Shown here: one piece after another, positions 27,656 through 41,356 of the stretch
Layout: every line of letters starts with the position of its first letter
How positions within the stretch are numbered: the stretch's first letter is position 1
Source of the DNA: Botryllus schlosseri
Taxonomy: Eukaryota
Direction of reading: 5' to 3'
DNA length: 64,000 nucleotides
Assembly (NCBI GenBank): GCA_051294905.1
Contig: CM119371.1
Location: 20,524,001-20,588,000 of the forward strand
Position numbers and translations under genes: made by a program
Notes under the pieces: model-generated
Seen by the model: the letters and a program-made list of their open reading frames with translations, nothing else
What the model was told of the DNA's origin: nothing
The model's database searches: none

Positions 27656-28649
27656 TTCTCGACACATCGATAGCGTAGATATTTTGTATGGGTACTTCCT
27701 CTGACAAACTTATAAATAGCGCAGTCTACACAATTCCATGGGTGTAGCCAAGGCGTCTCGTTATCGAGTTTGAGAACCACTGTGTTAGATGGTGGTGGTA
27801 GGGTAACGTCGGCCCTTGTTTAATATTTAGTATTTCTCATACGTTTCAGCCTAGCTCATCCTTATTTGAATTCGGCCAGGGGTGGCCAATCTACGGACGT
27901 ACGGCCGCATGCAACCGTATAACCATTATGCGGCAGCGGACGCATGATTTAATTAGCGTGTGTTCGGGGTCGTCAATACGCAATTTGAATTTACGAAAAC
28001 CTTCAGGAGATTTTATTTCAACCTAAAAATTTTCTTCACGCTTACGCGATTCGTGGTGATTTGGATTTTCCGATTTTAATATAATCGTATTCAATTGAAT
28101 GGTATATTCATATTCAAATACACCCGCATATTTTCGCCTAACAGTCGTCAGGGGTAATCGTAAGCAACTAGTACGATTGATACGATAGATACGATTGTTG
28201 ATATAAAAAGTTATTTCCAATTCTCTACTAGTTGCTGACGATTTCCTCTGAGACGAGTGTCAGCTGAAAATATACGTGTTTATTTCATTATGAATATACT
28301 ATTCAATAGTATATTGAAGTTCTGCAGCTCCGAGAAGCTCTTATAATCGTATCCTTGCAATATGGCCCAACCGTACAATTGCGAACCGCAGAGGAGAATG
28401 ATGCGCCACATAAATAATACCAAATTGGAATAGTGTGCGTCTCACGAATGAAATTTTGTTGTTGTTGTGCGTTCGGGCGATTTCAATATATTTTGATTAT
28501 ACCGACAATACCGATGGGAGGGGAAGAAAAGCCAACATGAAAAAAAGTCATTAACAAAACCCGGTAGACGCATCATCAATAATTGTGTGCTCAAATTTTT
28601 CGGAGACACCACATCCACCAGCTTTGCCGGCTAATCTGATCACCTAGGC

Positions 28650-29030
28650 CAGTGGTTCCCAACCTTTTTCGACCCATCGCCTCCTTTTCAAGGTCAACAC
28701 CGATCATCGCCCCCCAAATTTTGTGCACCGATAATTGGGCATACAGACTGTAATCACCAGCGGGTTGATTAAAAAAAAAAGGTAATCTTTTCTCCGCTCA
28801 GAGCTGAAAATAACGTTTATTCGCTCCGCATTGCTAGGTGGATGACTAAAAAACAAAAGGTCAGCCGTTTTTACGCGTCATCGCCCCCCCATCGCCCCCT
28901 TCGCTATTTTCGCCCCCCGTCGCCCCCTTTGTCCATTTTCTCCCCCCTGTCGCCCCCTTCGTCATTTTCGCCCCCCTAGATCGCCAAATCGCCCCCTGGG
29001 GGGCGATATCGCCCACGTTGAGAACCACTG
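28650..29030. mobile_element. hAT MITE with TCGCCCCC repeats
   Basis: TIR CAGTGGTTCYCAAC, perfect TSD acctaggc; inverted homolog at about 6463-6772. Confidence 0.9.
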
Positions 29031-30859
29031 ACCTAGGCTGATAATAAATAAAATTATGGCAGTAATATGTGAAACTATAACAACATTATCGACGATGTTC
29101 ATTCGAGAGTTGGAAATATTATCGTACTCCACGTGACTTGAATCCTGATCCCAGTATCTTTTCCTGACTTCATGCATATATGTATAGTAAGCCTTCGTGG
29201 ATGTTCTGCTTCAACGATTACAACATTTTATACGCAAGGTAGATCTCAAAAAGTCAGTGATGGTACAGAACATTATACAATGGCTCTCCGCGGTGCAAAA
29301 TTCCCAGTTGCCAATTTCACACGGGTATTTGCCGTCCATGTGGGCCATAAAATGCGGCCGTATGCTATGTATGTAATCGAAATGTGTATTACTACTACGG
29401 AATTGGTATGGTATGTGATCAGGGGTATACGAGTTTTGAGTAAAAGTTAAAAGGGTGTACCACGACGAAAAAGGTTGAAGAGCACTGCTCTATAGTGAAG
29501 TTCATTTCATTGATCCAGTAGATACATATTTATTTATTGTGCAAGTATAAATTCATATGAGACCATTTGCACTGACTTTACAAACATGACTGTCGAATAT
29601 GTACGCACAACAAGTACAATGTTGGCAATTGAGTATAATAAAAATGTTCGGCCGGAGTTTTGCTGATTTTGTAATTTTGCCCAACTCGATGCCTGCAAAC
29701 GTTAGTTGAATATTTGACGAAAATCTATATACTGTATGCATTATCACCACGGAATTGATTGATCTATAAACATGAAGGCTTATGACATGGTAAATGGCTT
29801 CATAACCTTATAAACAGAGTATGGAAGCTATTTTGAACGAGTTTAAGTTGCTTTCGTTAGGTACATTTGTTCGGAATCAGTAAGGCGGGGACAAAATTGA
29901 AGTCAGGCAGTCCTGAATCCATAAAAAAACATGTAACGAATCAGTAAATATTCATGAAAGGAGCTATCAATTGGTACAAGTCTACAACAGAAATTAATAT
30001 ACTGCCTCGATAATTCTTACGTGGCATGTATAGGATATGTTCATATTGACTACCAATCGGCATGAATAAGATGCTTCAGTCGATCTTGTAATCATATTAC
30101 TACGAAAGATCTAAGTCTTACCATTCTATACCCCAAGTGGCCCTTGAATTCATGACAATACAGTTGGCTAGGCTTATGAATGATTAGGACACGCGTTGTC
30201 TAAACGATGTCCCTTGCAAGTCACGTTGCACTTATCGTAAACCTACGCGGACAGCATTAAAACTCGAAATATTGCAATTCCCGATAGTAGCCTATATATT
30301 ATTCCATCCTCACAAATTAGAAATTTTCGATCTGGAAATGGTATTTTCGTCGTTCTGTTACCGAGAAATAAGTGAACTAACTTTTATTGTGCCAGAAAAT
30401 GGAGACAAGCCTATTTCATATTGCATTTTTGTTTGAAGAGTGCAGCCATTGAATTTCACATATAAATGGTAGTACCAAAAGTACCAAAGTTATATGTCGC
30501 CGCCTGAATCTTGAAAATGATTATAAATTTTACAGATGAGGTTTTGTGATAGGGTGTAAGTCCAAAAATCAGGATCGCCATGAGGCATAGTTTGTCCGGC
30601 AAAACTTTTTTGTCATATGTGCCGTCGTTTGTGCGTAAGAGGCTCTTTAATAATCAGAAAATTTCACTCGGACGCAGTTTTATTGCAAATAAACTAAATT
30701 GATACGGGATGTTATGAATGTTTAAAATCATAAAAACTCCACTAGAAATTAGGGCTGGGCAAAATCAAGTACAAGAGTGATGTGATTCTGAATCACGTAT
30801 TACGCTTCGAGTCGAATATTCGAGTGTTGTAGGCTTGAGTACTCGATTCTCCTGCTACA

Positions 30860-31740
30860 CTATAGTTGCCTCTCGGTGAGGAAAACATAATCAATCTCAG
30901 GCAAAATTGCGTAAGGGTTGCCGATAAGTGACACAATGTCTAATGGCACGTGGTTTCGTAGTGCTATGTCCTTAAAATAGTTACGCTCTGAGCAATATAG
31001 AGGACATTGGAACCATAAATGCTCAACCGTCTCTATAACGCCACATGTACAGCTCAACATCTACGGTTCGCTTTCTGGCGCAATCAGATGAAAACCGCCA
31101 GACAGATCATCGAGGATGATTCTGGCAGTAAACGGTGCGAAATTCCTGCTGACGTCATCGAGGAGAAATTTCGTGCTGACACTGCTGCCGCGGTTTCCGA
31201 TGATGATGCTGCTTTTCCTTCGTGGATGACTCAGCACAGTTACCAGGGCGACCTGGCTTCTGCTGTTGACGAAGAGTCGATTACTTCCTTAGAGGTAGCG
31301 GGAGTGCTGGCAACCTTGAACACAAGTAGTTCGCCAGGCTCCGACGGTCTCACTTATGGATTTTGGAAGCGCTTGGACCCCAAGGAAGAAATCCTCTCCG
31401 AGCTTTTCGAAATCTGTAGGTGTAGTCCAGACTCCCATACGCAAGCGTCATCCGCATATAGATTAATGCTTGACGCAATATTCTCGGGAAGGTCATTTAT
31501 CAGTATAGAAAAAAGTATAGGGCTTAGTAGGCTGCCTTGTGGCGTTCCATTACCGACAACAAATGTATCTGAAAGGTTCGATCCAATACGCACTTGGAAG
31601 GTGCGGTCTGATAGGAAAGAGCATATCCACTCGAAGATATTTCCCGACAACCCGATTTTACGTAATTTGATTATAAGCGATTGCCGTCGCCAGACGCGAT
31701 CGTAAGCCTTCTCGAGATCTAGAAAAACTGCGGCAACAGA
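30860..31740 (-). mobile_element. I/Nimb-clade LINE fragments (RT core and C-terminal CCHC)
   Basis: AVFLDLEKAYDRVW, FLSDRTFQVRIG, GTPQGSLLSPILF and LYADD at 31410-31740; CTCGVIETVEHLWFQCPLY at 30860-31050. Confidence 0.85.
31050..31420 (+). mobile_element. R2-group (NeSL/Utopia-like) non-LTR RT N-terminal fragment
   Basis: FWRNQMKTARQII...RCEIP and ITSLEV...SSPGSDGLTYGFWKRLDP...LSELFEIC are the RT domain -1/0 motifs of RLE-type elements. Confidence 0.7.
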
Positions 31741-31805
31741 TCACCTTTTCCAAATCGATTTGTACATGTCATCATGAAACGACAATATACATCAGTAGGC
31801 GATTG

Positions 31806-34770
31806 CAGTGCTCTTCAACCTTTTTTTGTCGTGGTACACCCTTTTAAGGTTTACTCGAAACTCGTACACCCCAGACCGGACAACTCATTGATTCCGTATA
31901 GTAAGCCTAGGCCAGGGGTATGTAACCTCCTTGTTATTCACGGCCGTGATTCGATTCCATACATAGCATACTACCGCATTCCGACGTAGAGTCGTCATGG
32001 TCCATCTGCACGTCATATACTCAGGACTCCAAGTGTCGCACCCAAACCCGTCAATTGTGGGGGGAGGCGAGCTCGAAGGGGTCCAAAAATTATTTCTTGA
32101 ATAAAAATAAATTATAGAGTATATTTTTGAAAATTTGTTCACAATCACCCCACAAGACAAATGCCATCCCACAGAGAAAATTTCTTACTAGTAAGGAAAT
32201 ACCAATTTCAAATAGCTTGCATCTTTTAGTATAGTACGTTTGGGCGATTTCAATGTCGTTTGACATAGCAGGTCACGAAATAACGTGATTTAACGAAGTT
32301 ACTATACCAAGGGGCCCGCCCGAATTATTATTTACAGGCCTTATATTTTCCAAGACATTTCATTTCGATTGCGAATCTGAATGTAAATCTAATTAGGTTG
32401 GCAGAGAGAGAGAATAACAAAATTTATAATAATATATTTGCAATTTCTTATATTAGTGACGGATTCAATCATGAATTGCAGAAAACTTCAAGATTCGGGC
32501 GATTTTAGACGCTATGAATTAATATCCCACTAACGTGTATAACAAATTTCGCTGACAAAGTAGCGGTTAAAACGTAGACCAGGATGAGGGGTCTACTGTT
32601 TGGTTTATGACCCTGTCAGGGACCAAGACCAACGTTTTGGGGGCCCCGACGAAGTGCTCTTTCATCCCTGTATATACTCATGTTAACTTACCCACTTGGA
32701 ACTTCATAACACGGGGAGCGCATGTTGTGTTCTGCACCATCACTGATTTCTTGTGATATACCTTATGTATAAAAGTTTTTAATTGTAACAGTAGTCGCGC
32801 GGGCGCTAAAAACTTTTACATGTGGAAAATTTATTTCGTCTATAATATGGGTTGCTTCATATATTAGTGTCAACTTAAACTATTTATCCATTCTTAGCAC
32901 ACGTGATCGATTTAGGGATGGAGCTGATGGAGGGATGTCTACGACAATTTTGGGCACAATATGAATGATGATGCGTCTTCCGGTTTTTAGTAATAACTTT
33001 GTAGCATTTTGTTATTTTTTGAACTACCGTCAGGAGTGAAGGCATACACGCACACGATTCCGCCTTGGTATTTCTTTATGGGGTGCATCATTTTTCTTTA
33101 CGGTTTTTATTTGTTCGGTGCGACTCAGATTACACTATTATATATAAAATACGAAAAATCTTGGCCCCCCTGAATCGCGACAAGCGTGAATAAAATTTTC
33201 AAGTGTAAAACCTCTCAAAGACTTTTGAACCTATTCCCTAATTCAAATTGCATATTGACGGACGCCATAATACGCTAAAATGTAACTAATATCTTGGGGG
33301 CCAGCATAAATATTGTTCATCGGCTGCATGCGACCGTACGTCTGCAAATCCGGGCCTGTCAAAATAAGGATGAACAATGCTACAGCGTATTTGAAATGCT
33401 GAATACTCATCAGGGCTCGAGGATCTGGACCACCGTCTAGCACCGTGGTTCTCGTTCTCGACCTCCTCGAGGCACCGTAGCTACTCCCCTGTAATGATGT
33501 ACAATGCACTATTTATAAGCAGCTCACAGAAAGTACAAATTCAATATTTCTAAGCCGTCGCGCTGGTTTCCTCAAGAATCATTATAGACGGATACTGCAA
33601 GTGGAACACATGTCATCCCCACCCTTTCTACTCCAAAACGAATCAAAAAGTCCATTACCAACGTTTAAGTAATGTGCATTAACATTTGATTATGATACAA
33701 CAAAAGGCATATAACTTACAAGCTCGTACAGCTGATATGCACATATTTTACGATATTGCACGCCCGGTCAACATATTGATGTTCTGAAGCATACAATTGC
33801 CTGTTTATTGTGATATCAATATAGACATCGGTCCATTTTAATTCGGATCTGGTACCCCCCCTGTACGCCCCATGGGAGAGGTACACCCTTTTATAATTTT
33901 GGTACACCCTAGAGCAGTGGTTCCCAACCTTTTCATCCTAATTACCCACTTCCGATTTATTCCGAGCCTTTATTCCCACCTAAAATCTCTATATCCATAT
34001 ATACCCTTTATAGTGCTACCTCCAATAAAATTCTGCGAGCCTTTGCTTACGTGCTATTGGTGATTGTTAAGATCCCCGGAATTGATCAGCACACAAAAAA
34101 TTAATGCAGCGGTGAACTAATAACCGTAAACGCGGCTCCGTAAATATATCTGCATCTCCCCCGGCGCGCAGCCAAAGTTTCCAAATGTTGCGGGGTAGCA
34201 TCAATTTTCATAAGTAACTGCCGAATAATGCATGGGTCTGATAAACTTTCTGATGTTGACGAACTCATGCGTGCTATATATATATATATATATATATAAG
34301 CCGCCGTTAACTACACTTTCGCACAATACTAAAAGAACTTGAAATAACATAAATATGTAATTTCATTTGTAACGAGTCCGAATGTGCTATCAATTAGCGA
34401 GTCCACGATCTCCCTTGCATACATATTCATGGTTCAGCAATATGAGCTCTTATTACAACGAATCAGAATTTTTCTATCACTGCGTTTCGTGACCGATGAT
34501 GGTGTACAAATGAATGAAACTATTCTGGAGATCGCGTGTGGCTATCCAGGCGATTCTCGCTAATTGGAGGCACTGACAATATGAATCGCTGAATTGCAAA
34601 TAAGCTATGGAATATTCGGTCGGCATTTCAAAACGACATTCAATAAAGGAGAATATTACTGTAAAGATTTTTTCAAAAGTGAGTCTATTCCCCACCAGAA
34701 ATCCAGAAATTCCCCACCGTTTGGGAACCACTGCCCTAGAGTGTACGAAACACCTGGTTGAAGAGCACTG
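31806..34770. mobile_element. CAGTGCTCTTCAACC hAT element with nested MITE 33915-34733
   Basis: Matching TIRs, TSD ggcgattg/ggctatcg; the inner TSD ccctagag is perfect. Confidence 0.75.
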
Positions 34771-36771
34771 GGCTATCGGCAATTAGGCAGCTAAAATGAG
34801 TCGGTACAGCAGGTTATTTCATCTCAAAACGACCATTCTGCTTGTGTGAGTTCTACTAGTAATGAAGCAAAACTTCCTCGTGATTATCTTAATTAAAAAA
34901 AAAATTAGGTGATAAACTATTTTGTAAATTTAAAGGCTTCGCGGACCTCAAGGGATCTGTGGACTCCCTGCTGAGAACCACTGATCATACAAGACCATTC
35001 ACACCTCTAACGTATTGGATTTAGATCATTAGCTACATTTTATGCTATTTACTACCAACCGCAGTGCCTTCTGCGTTGCCAAACGAGTCCCTCATGGCCG
35101 CAAAAATCAAAGAATTAGCGGATAAAATCCATAATAAGGTAAGCCATATCGAATTTCAGTACAGAATGAAATTTCATATCGCTCAATACTCTTGCCTTCT
35201 ACATCTAACACGATTCTAAAGTCGATAAACTAATATTTAAGTCGTAGGCAGTTCCGGGGTACCTTGTTCAATCGAAGTGGTGATTAAATAAAGTGGTTTT
35301 ATTCGTATTTGTGATTATTGTTCGCGATTAATTAAATCCCTTCGAAGAGGTATCACCCAATCACGGAATATAGTAGCGGTTACGAACTAATTCGGGGACG
35401 GGGCGCAATTTTGAACGTCAAAGTACTTATTGGTCATGGAAACTCCAAAGAGATGATAACGAGTATAGAATACATGTGTAAAAAATGAATTGTTTCCGCA
35501 ACGACAATGTTCAAAGAAGAAAGCATGAAATCAAGTACCAATTGATAGTAACAATTACGTGATAAAAACCACATCAATTGAATATCCAACTCGGGAATGG
35601 CTTACTCCTCTGATTGGAAAGTATGAACAAAACATATAGACTATTAAATTAGGTGTGTTAGCATTGATAGACGCATATTTACGAGTGCTTTCATTGATAC
35701 AAATTGCAAAATCACATCAATAATACAACGTAGGATTTTCGTCTTCATGTGATATCCTTAATGCATACATTTGTACCGCACGATTGCGAGGGAAAGTACG
35801 GGGAAATTTATTGCTACTTATAATTGAATATTAGTCGATATTTCGACGCCAGCAATATTACAAATACATCCCGTTAGATGACAGGCATTTGTGGATGCGT
35901 TTGACCATAGTATATTATAGTCTGCAGGAATTCTCCTTCCAATTTTCGGAATTGTCTTAGACAAAACTATTATCCATTGTTTTAGCATCAATATACAGAA
36001 ATTGACGGGAACTATTCAGATGAACAAACTGATATCATCTATTACAATTTCATGTACTTTTCAGGGCTCAATGAGAGCGCTATTAAGGCTAGCTTCAAAC
36101 CGCATGCGGCTCTTGGAGTTGGGGATCACTCGTATAAAAGGAACGTTTACTATTCCGGATATTCGTTACTTCAGTAAATGCACTACTTTGGCTTAACATA
36201 TTATAGATGAGGCTCTTAGCCGGGCTAGCGTTAGTTTAGTTTTAGAATATCGGAAGCTACACTTCATCCAGATCACAAACCCATTTAACAGTGAAGAACA
36301 TATGCGAAAAAAATCCATGTCATAGCTCTAATGAGTTATTTTCGTACATTTATTTGAACAATATAACACATCATATTCACAGAAATAAATCTCAGCGCCA
36401 GGTTGTGGGTGAACTGGCACGGCTTATTGTACTTGTGCGTATCGTAGGATAAGATAAAACTTAATATCGGGGTAGAAATAACTTCACTGTTTAAAGACCA
36501 CTCACCTAACTCCCGATGGTCTTGCAAAATGGGTCCAAGTCGAGTTACTCCAGCGTCCCGAGTATAACCGAAGACCATATTCTTCGAGATCAGAAATCGT
36601 AATACTTAGTACTTACCCAACCAGACTTGCGAAACTTCGAAAGTGACTTATATTATCGATTATAATTCAATTATATATGCAATTCCGTTATATACATTGA
36701 CATTGCTTGATCGTCACTTACTGTTACAAGTACAGTAATATGCATCTCTTTTATTCCATTTCTGTCCGGAG

Positions 36772-36897
36772 ATGAAGAAGTATAAGCAGAAGGGTTGTCC
36801 TTATGTAAATGACCATAGTAGTCGGAATACGATGAATAACAGCATAGCATTCTGTTACAACGAATTAACATATAAATCGGTTGTCTGCTATGATGGT
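36772..36897 (+). CDS. Atlastin/RNF112/GBP-like GTPase, putative first coding exon
   Basis: ATG at 36772, open to a GT donor GGT|GTAAGT at 36898 (phase 0), in frame with the next exon across a 159-nt intron. No recognisable motif in this exon itself. Confidence 0.55.
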
Positions 36898-37056
36898 GTA
36901 AGTCGATTTTTACCAAAAATTTTAAACGTCGAAAGTAATTTCAATGTTTTCTAAAGGGGTTTTGTCGAAGGATCAAATCAAGAGGGTAGTGACCGGCAGC
37001 GCGCTGGGCACCTCTGTAGCAAACTGCATCACTAAAAGGTAGTTGTATATGTTTAG

Positions 37057-37254
37057 ATACATGAAGCTGGACATACAAAAATCACGAAATTGTGCAATGG
37101 CAAGCTCTGTTTGGACCGTACAAAATTCGACAAGTTTATCGTCGAATCCAAGATTGGAGATAAACCTTTTAGCATCATTTCCATATGTGGACCTACGAGA
37201 CAGGGAAAGTCATTCCTGATGAATTTGATCCTGCGTTACTTCGAGAAAAAGCAG
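37057..37254 (+). CDS. Atlastin-like GTPase exon 2 (P-loop)
   Basis: tttag|ATA ... CAG|gtatat. Encodes KPFSIISICGPTRQGKSFLMNLILRYF, the GxxRxGKS G1 motif of GB1/RHD3 GTPases. Confidence 0.9.
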
Positions 37255-38530
37255 GTATATATTCGATATAGTTTTACCTGCTAATAATAGGTGGCGGGGC
37301 TGCTTTTCAAATTTCGTAGAGGTTGCGAACGCAAGAATACAATGTCGAGACAAAATACGCCACGTTCTTGAGCAACCATTTACTTCAGTACAACGCTATG
37401 CTTTCTAACATGGTCGATAGGGATAATTCCCAGAATAGAAGTAATATTTTATTCAACAATTAGAAATGTCATGATCGTAAACTTCATTTTATTTTGGACT
37501 ACACTGTTGGCGAAGAGAGTGTGTATTGATACCGAAGGTCGGAAAAAGGCGGTACACGAAAACTGACCTAACTCAGAACTATATCGCGGTCATAAATATT
37601 ACGTGACTGTGCCTACAAGCATACCTTCCTACCTTCTTCAGTACATGCAGAATTCAGATTAAAATGTTATACTCGATTTATACTGCGGTATAAGTCGAAT
37701 GTAGGTTCTGGGTTCGTGTGCCATGGATGTATATCAACACCCGTAGATAAGGGACGGTACACGGGTAGAAATACACACTACTTTTGCTAAGAGTGCATGA
37801 GCTGCGCACGACGACCGACATCGCATTTCAGCTACAAGAAAATCGATATTCGGGCTTGCGATATACGTCGTGAACTGAATGACCATCTCCTCCTAAAATT
37901 TGATCTAGTGCGGACGCCCGAAGCCGTTTTTCTACGCTTTTCTATCTGGAACACTGTACGTCAACGCAATATTATCAATTGCCCATTCATATCAGCTGAA
38001 TATTTGTCCCTCGGTGGAATGGTGTTAACATCTCCGAAGCCGTTTCAGTTAGTGAGGAATAGTGATGCTTGACACATGCGAATGGCTTATTTTAAAACAA
38101 CAGCAACACATTGCTCGTCCCAATTGATTAGTTTACTGATTAATTTGTGTCTCATTGCTGTGTCATGAACTCATAATTTTGATATGTTTTCATTGAGACT
38201 ACACGCATTTGGCGTTCCAGGTAAATTTCCAATACGAATACTCGAATTCATTGATTTTGCTACTGCTGAAAATATGCAGCCTCGCATGTACCAGTATCAA
38301 CATGAAATTTGTGTGCTAACACGAAAGTCTTGTTACTGTCCAGATTGACTTTGCTTCAAGTCACCACGCATAATTGCAATTGAGTAAGAATTCATTGGTG
38401 CTTCAATTGCAATACTATCTACTTTGACCACCTCTGCATAGAATCCTTCACGAGTCCAAATGGTTTCAAATCATCAGATCTATCAGCTAGATTTTATTAG
38501 GACAAAGAACTTTGCTTTTATACAAAGAAA

Positions 38531-38627
38531 TAGAGAGAGAGACCGGGAGAGAGAGAGAGAGGGAGAGAGAGAGGGAGAGAGGGGGGGGAGAGAGCGAGGG
38601 AGAGAAAGAGAAAGAGAGAGAGAGAGA
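38531..38627. repeat. Imperfect (GA)n microsatellite
   Basis: Directly visible purine-rich tract. Confidence 0.95.
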
Positions 38628-38738
38628 AATATATGGAGAGAGTTGTCGGTTTTTATGTTTGTTTATTTGACTGTATAATCGTATTGTTGGTTTACCGAGT
38701 TACCGAGTTTCTCAACCTAAAAATTTAATCGGATAAAG

Positions 38739-39556
38739 CAGGGGTGGCAACCTTTTTGTCCGAAGAGACGTATTTTTTTCCATTTTAACTCCCAAAGGGT
38801 CATACAAGCAAATCAACTGTTACTTCATCATTGATAAATCCGTGACGTCATGGTAGCACCAATTTGAACTCACTACATGGGATTCGTCGTGTGCGCTACA
38901 ATTCCTCAGTAAAAACTGGTCTTTATTCTTCGAGCATAAAGCTCGGAGCGAGAGGTAAGGGGCAGACGGGCCAAGCTTAACCATTGATAACACAACTCAT
39001 CGCAAATAGCTTAGAATTAAATATAACTGATATTATTCGAATACAACAACAATACAACATGCGCTGAATGCATGTATATTTCCCCAGTACCAAAGAGCTA
39101 CTTACTAATCAAGAACATGGGTAGCTATGGCGTTGTTTGTAATTGTGAATGTCACGATCACGGTAGATCAGGAACACAAAGTGCAATTGAAAACTGCGAT
39201 GTGATATGGGCGCCGCCATGTCTGCTAGCTCTTTGATTATTAACGTATCGCACAATCCAAGATTTCGAGTCCGGTGGTTAGAATTCGCGAGTGATATTTG
39301 TTGCCGGCACGACAGTAACTTATATTTAAGGATTTTTAAAAGAGGGGGTCAAAGTTCGTAAACCCGAAGACGGCATGGTCTTTACCTCTCAAAGACATGT
39401 TTATACTGTCACAAAATACTTAGTCTAGTCATGGTGAAGATTTACTGTGGCTGCAATATTGATCAACTCACTAAAAATAAATATTTGGCAAAGAGCCATG
39501 ATCTTATACCCAAAAGAGCCTTATATGGCTCGAGAGCCATAGGCTTCCGACCACTG
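38739..39556 (+). mobile_element. Same family as 5225-6362 (intron 2)
   Basis: Colinear similarity; TSD ggataaag/ggatatag. Confidence 0.88.
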
Positions 39557-39804
39557 GGATATAGGTTTGTACCTAGAATAGTATTGATATTATATTTAAA
39601 CAATTAAATGATGCCTATTGGTACAATATTGTTTTCCGTCAAGGCTGTACCGCAGCTGTGTGACCAGATATCGCCGCAGTCCTATTTAGATTTTCAAATC
39701 CACCAACGTAAGTAGAATACAGACTATAGCTATTGAAGTTTGTTTACATATTTTTTTCCTAATACTTCAAGTAATTTTACCTGGTTCATTGCTAATGTGC
39801 TTAT

Positions 39805-40757
39805 GAGGGATGGTGTGAACCTCTGAAAGGTTCGGGTTCGTGTGAACGCGAACCTTTTTGAAAGGTTCTGTGTGAACACGAACGTGAACCTCGTGACGTC
39901 ATATTGCTAATAGCCTATATTAATGTACACGATACCTAGCGAAAATTTGGCCCACATAATGCCACAATGCTGAAGTACATATCGGCGTTTTTAACGTCGC
40001 TAAATGTATCAACCGCGGTTATCAAAGGATATAATGATCTCATAAAATCAATACATTCCGTCGCTTTGCCAACAATTTCGACGAGGACTTACCATGAAAT
40101 ATAAGCTTACGCGTCAATGGTCTTAGCCAGACCGGACAATGTGTTCGTAGTCTGAGTATTGCTACATTGATGTTGAGCAGAGTGTAAAACGGGTTTCTAT
40201 GCTCACTACCGATACCATAAACAACAAGTTATATAGCAGTAGCCAGCACCTTAATCAAACGGATTTGGTTTTATTGATACAGTAAAGATATGAAATCAAG
40301 ATTGACCCTGTACGCCCGCTCGATATTTTACGTCAGAAAACGATATCAATGTCATTGATTGGTTGAATAAGCATCATTCGCTGACTACGTATATCGCTCG
40401 TGATGTTGTGTGATTGCGGGTCAAGCTCACAGCGGAGAGTCACTAAATATTCAAAACGGAAAGCTCAATATTTCGAGAAATTTTTGGTAACAAAAAACAA
40501 GTAAAACTTTTAAGGTTGTCATGGCGCATGCTCGTTTAGTGTTGATTTTTTATGCTGCAAGCGCCATGCATAGAGTGACCCGCAGTTGAAATCCAATAAA
40601 CTTGAATCAAAGATCTTATAATGAAGTGCAAATTACAATTTACCAAAAAGGTTCACATTGCAGAACCTACCAAGGTTCTGTTGTGAACGCGAACCTCTAA
40701 ATTTCCGAGGTTCACACACAGAACACGGACGTGAACCTCACGTTCACACCATCCCTA
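39805..40757. mobile_element. hAT MITE with GTGAAC motifs
   Basis: TIR (T)AGGGATGGTGTGAAC, perfect TSD gtgcttat; a truncated copy ends at 26960. Confidence 0.9.
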
Positions 40758-40996
40758 GTGCTTATCAATTGAAATGAATGCATCACTCCTGTTCTATATA
40801 ATTTCACTTGCTGACATGCATTCTGCTGCTACTTTTTGTCTTCGGTTACCTGCTGAATGCCACCTATAAAGGTCAGCACTCAGCAAATAGAATGCTTTGC
40901 GGCTTAGGCTAGTCTCTTAGCAACGCATCTTTCGAATAATTTCGCTTATCATGTTTCCACGATAATGCAATATGCATATCCTAATGTTCTCGCCAG

Positions 40997-41137
40997 TGGG
41001 AAAAACACAACAAGAAGACAAGTAAAGACAGTAAATATCGAATGACAGCATTCAAAGTAGGCGCGGGAGAGGCCTATGTAACAGGCGGGATTCTCCTCTA
41101 CAACCATACATTTGAAGTAATGTGGGAAGGAAAGCTG
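40997..41137 (+). CDS. Atlastin-like GTPase exon 3 (G2/switch I)
   Basis: ttctcgccag|TGG ... CTG|gtaggt, 141 nt, phase 0/0. AFKVGAGEAYVTGGILLYNHTF corresponds to atlastin [22 protein letters not shown]. Confidence 0.85.
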
Positions 41138-41356
41138 GTAGGTTTACTTGATCCATACTTCATATTTTGGTATACGGGATAAGCGTCGGTAACAATGTCC
41201 AGTTAGTCAAGTGAATGAAGAGCATCATTTAGTTATACCTCGCAACACTAACTATTGATATCGAAACTCAGTGGCATGGCATGATGTTTAAACATTCATC
41301 ACCATCGCATCACCATTCACGTCACAAATGCAGATCGAACTGCATTCATATTAGAG

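Noticed and set aside
31019..31705. 228-aa ORF as a real gene
   Set aside because: It is a fusion of a NeSL-like fragment with the antisense strand of another LINE's RT.
38460..38678. RE-rich ORF
   Set aside because: Translation of a (GA)n microsatellite.
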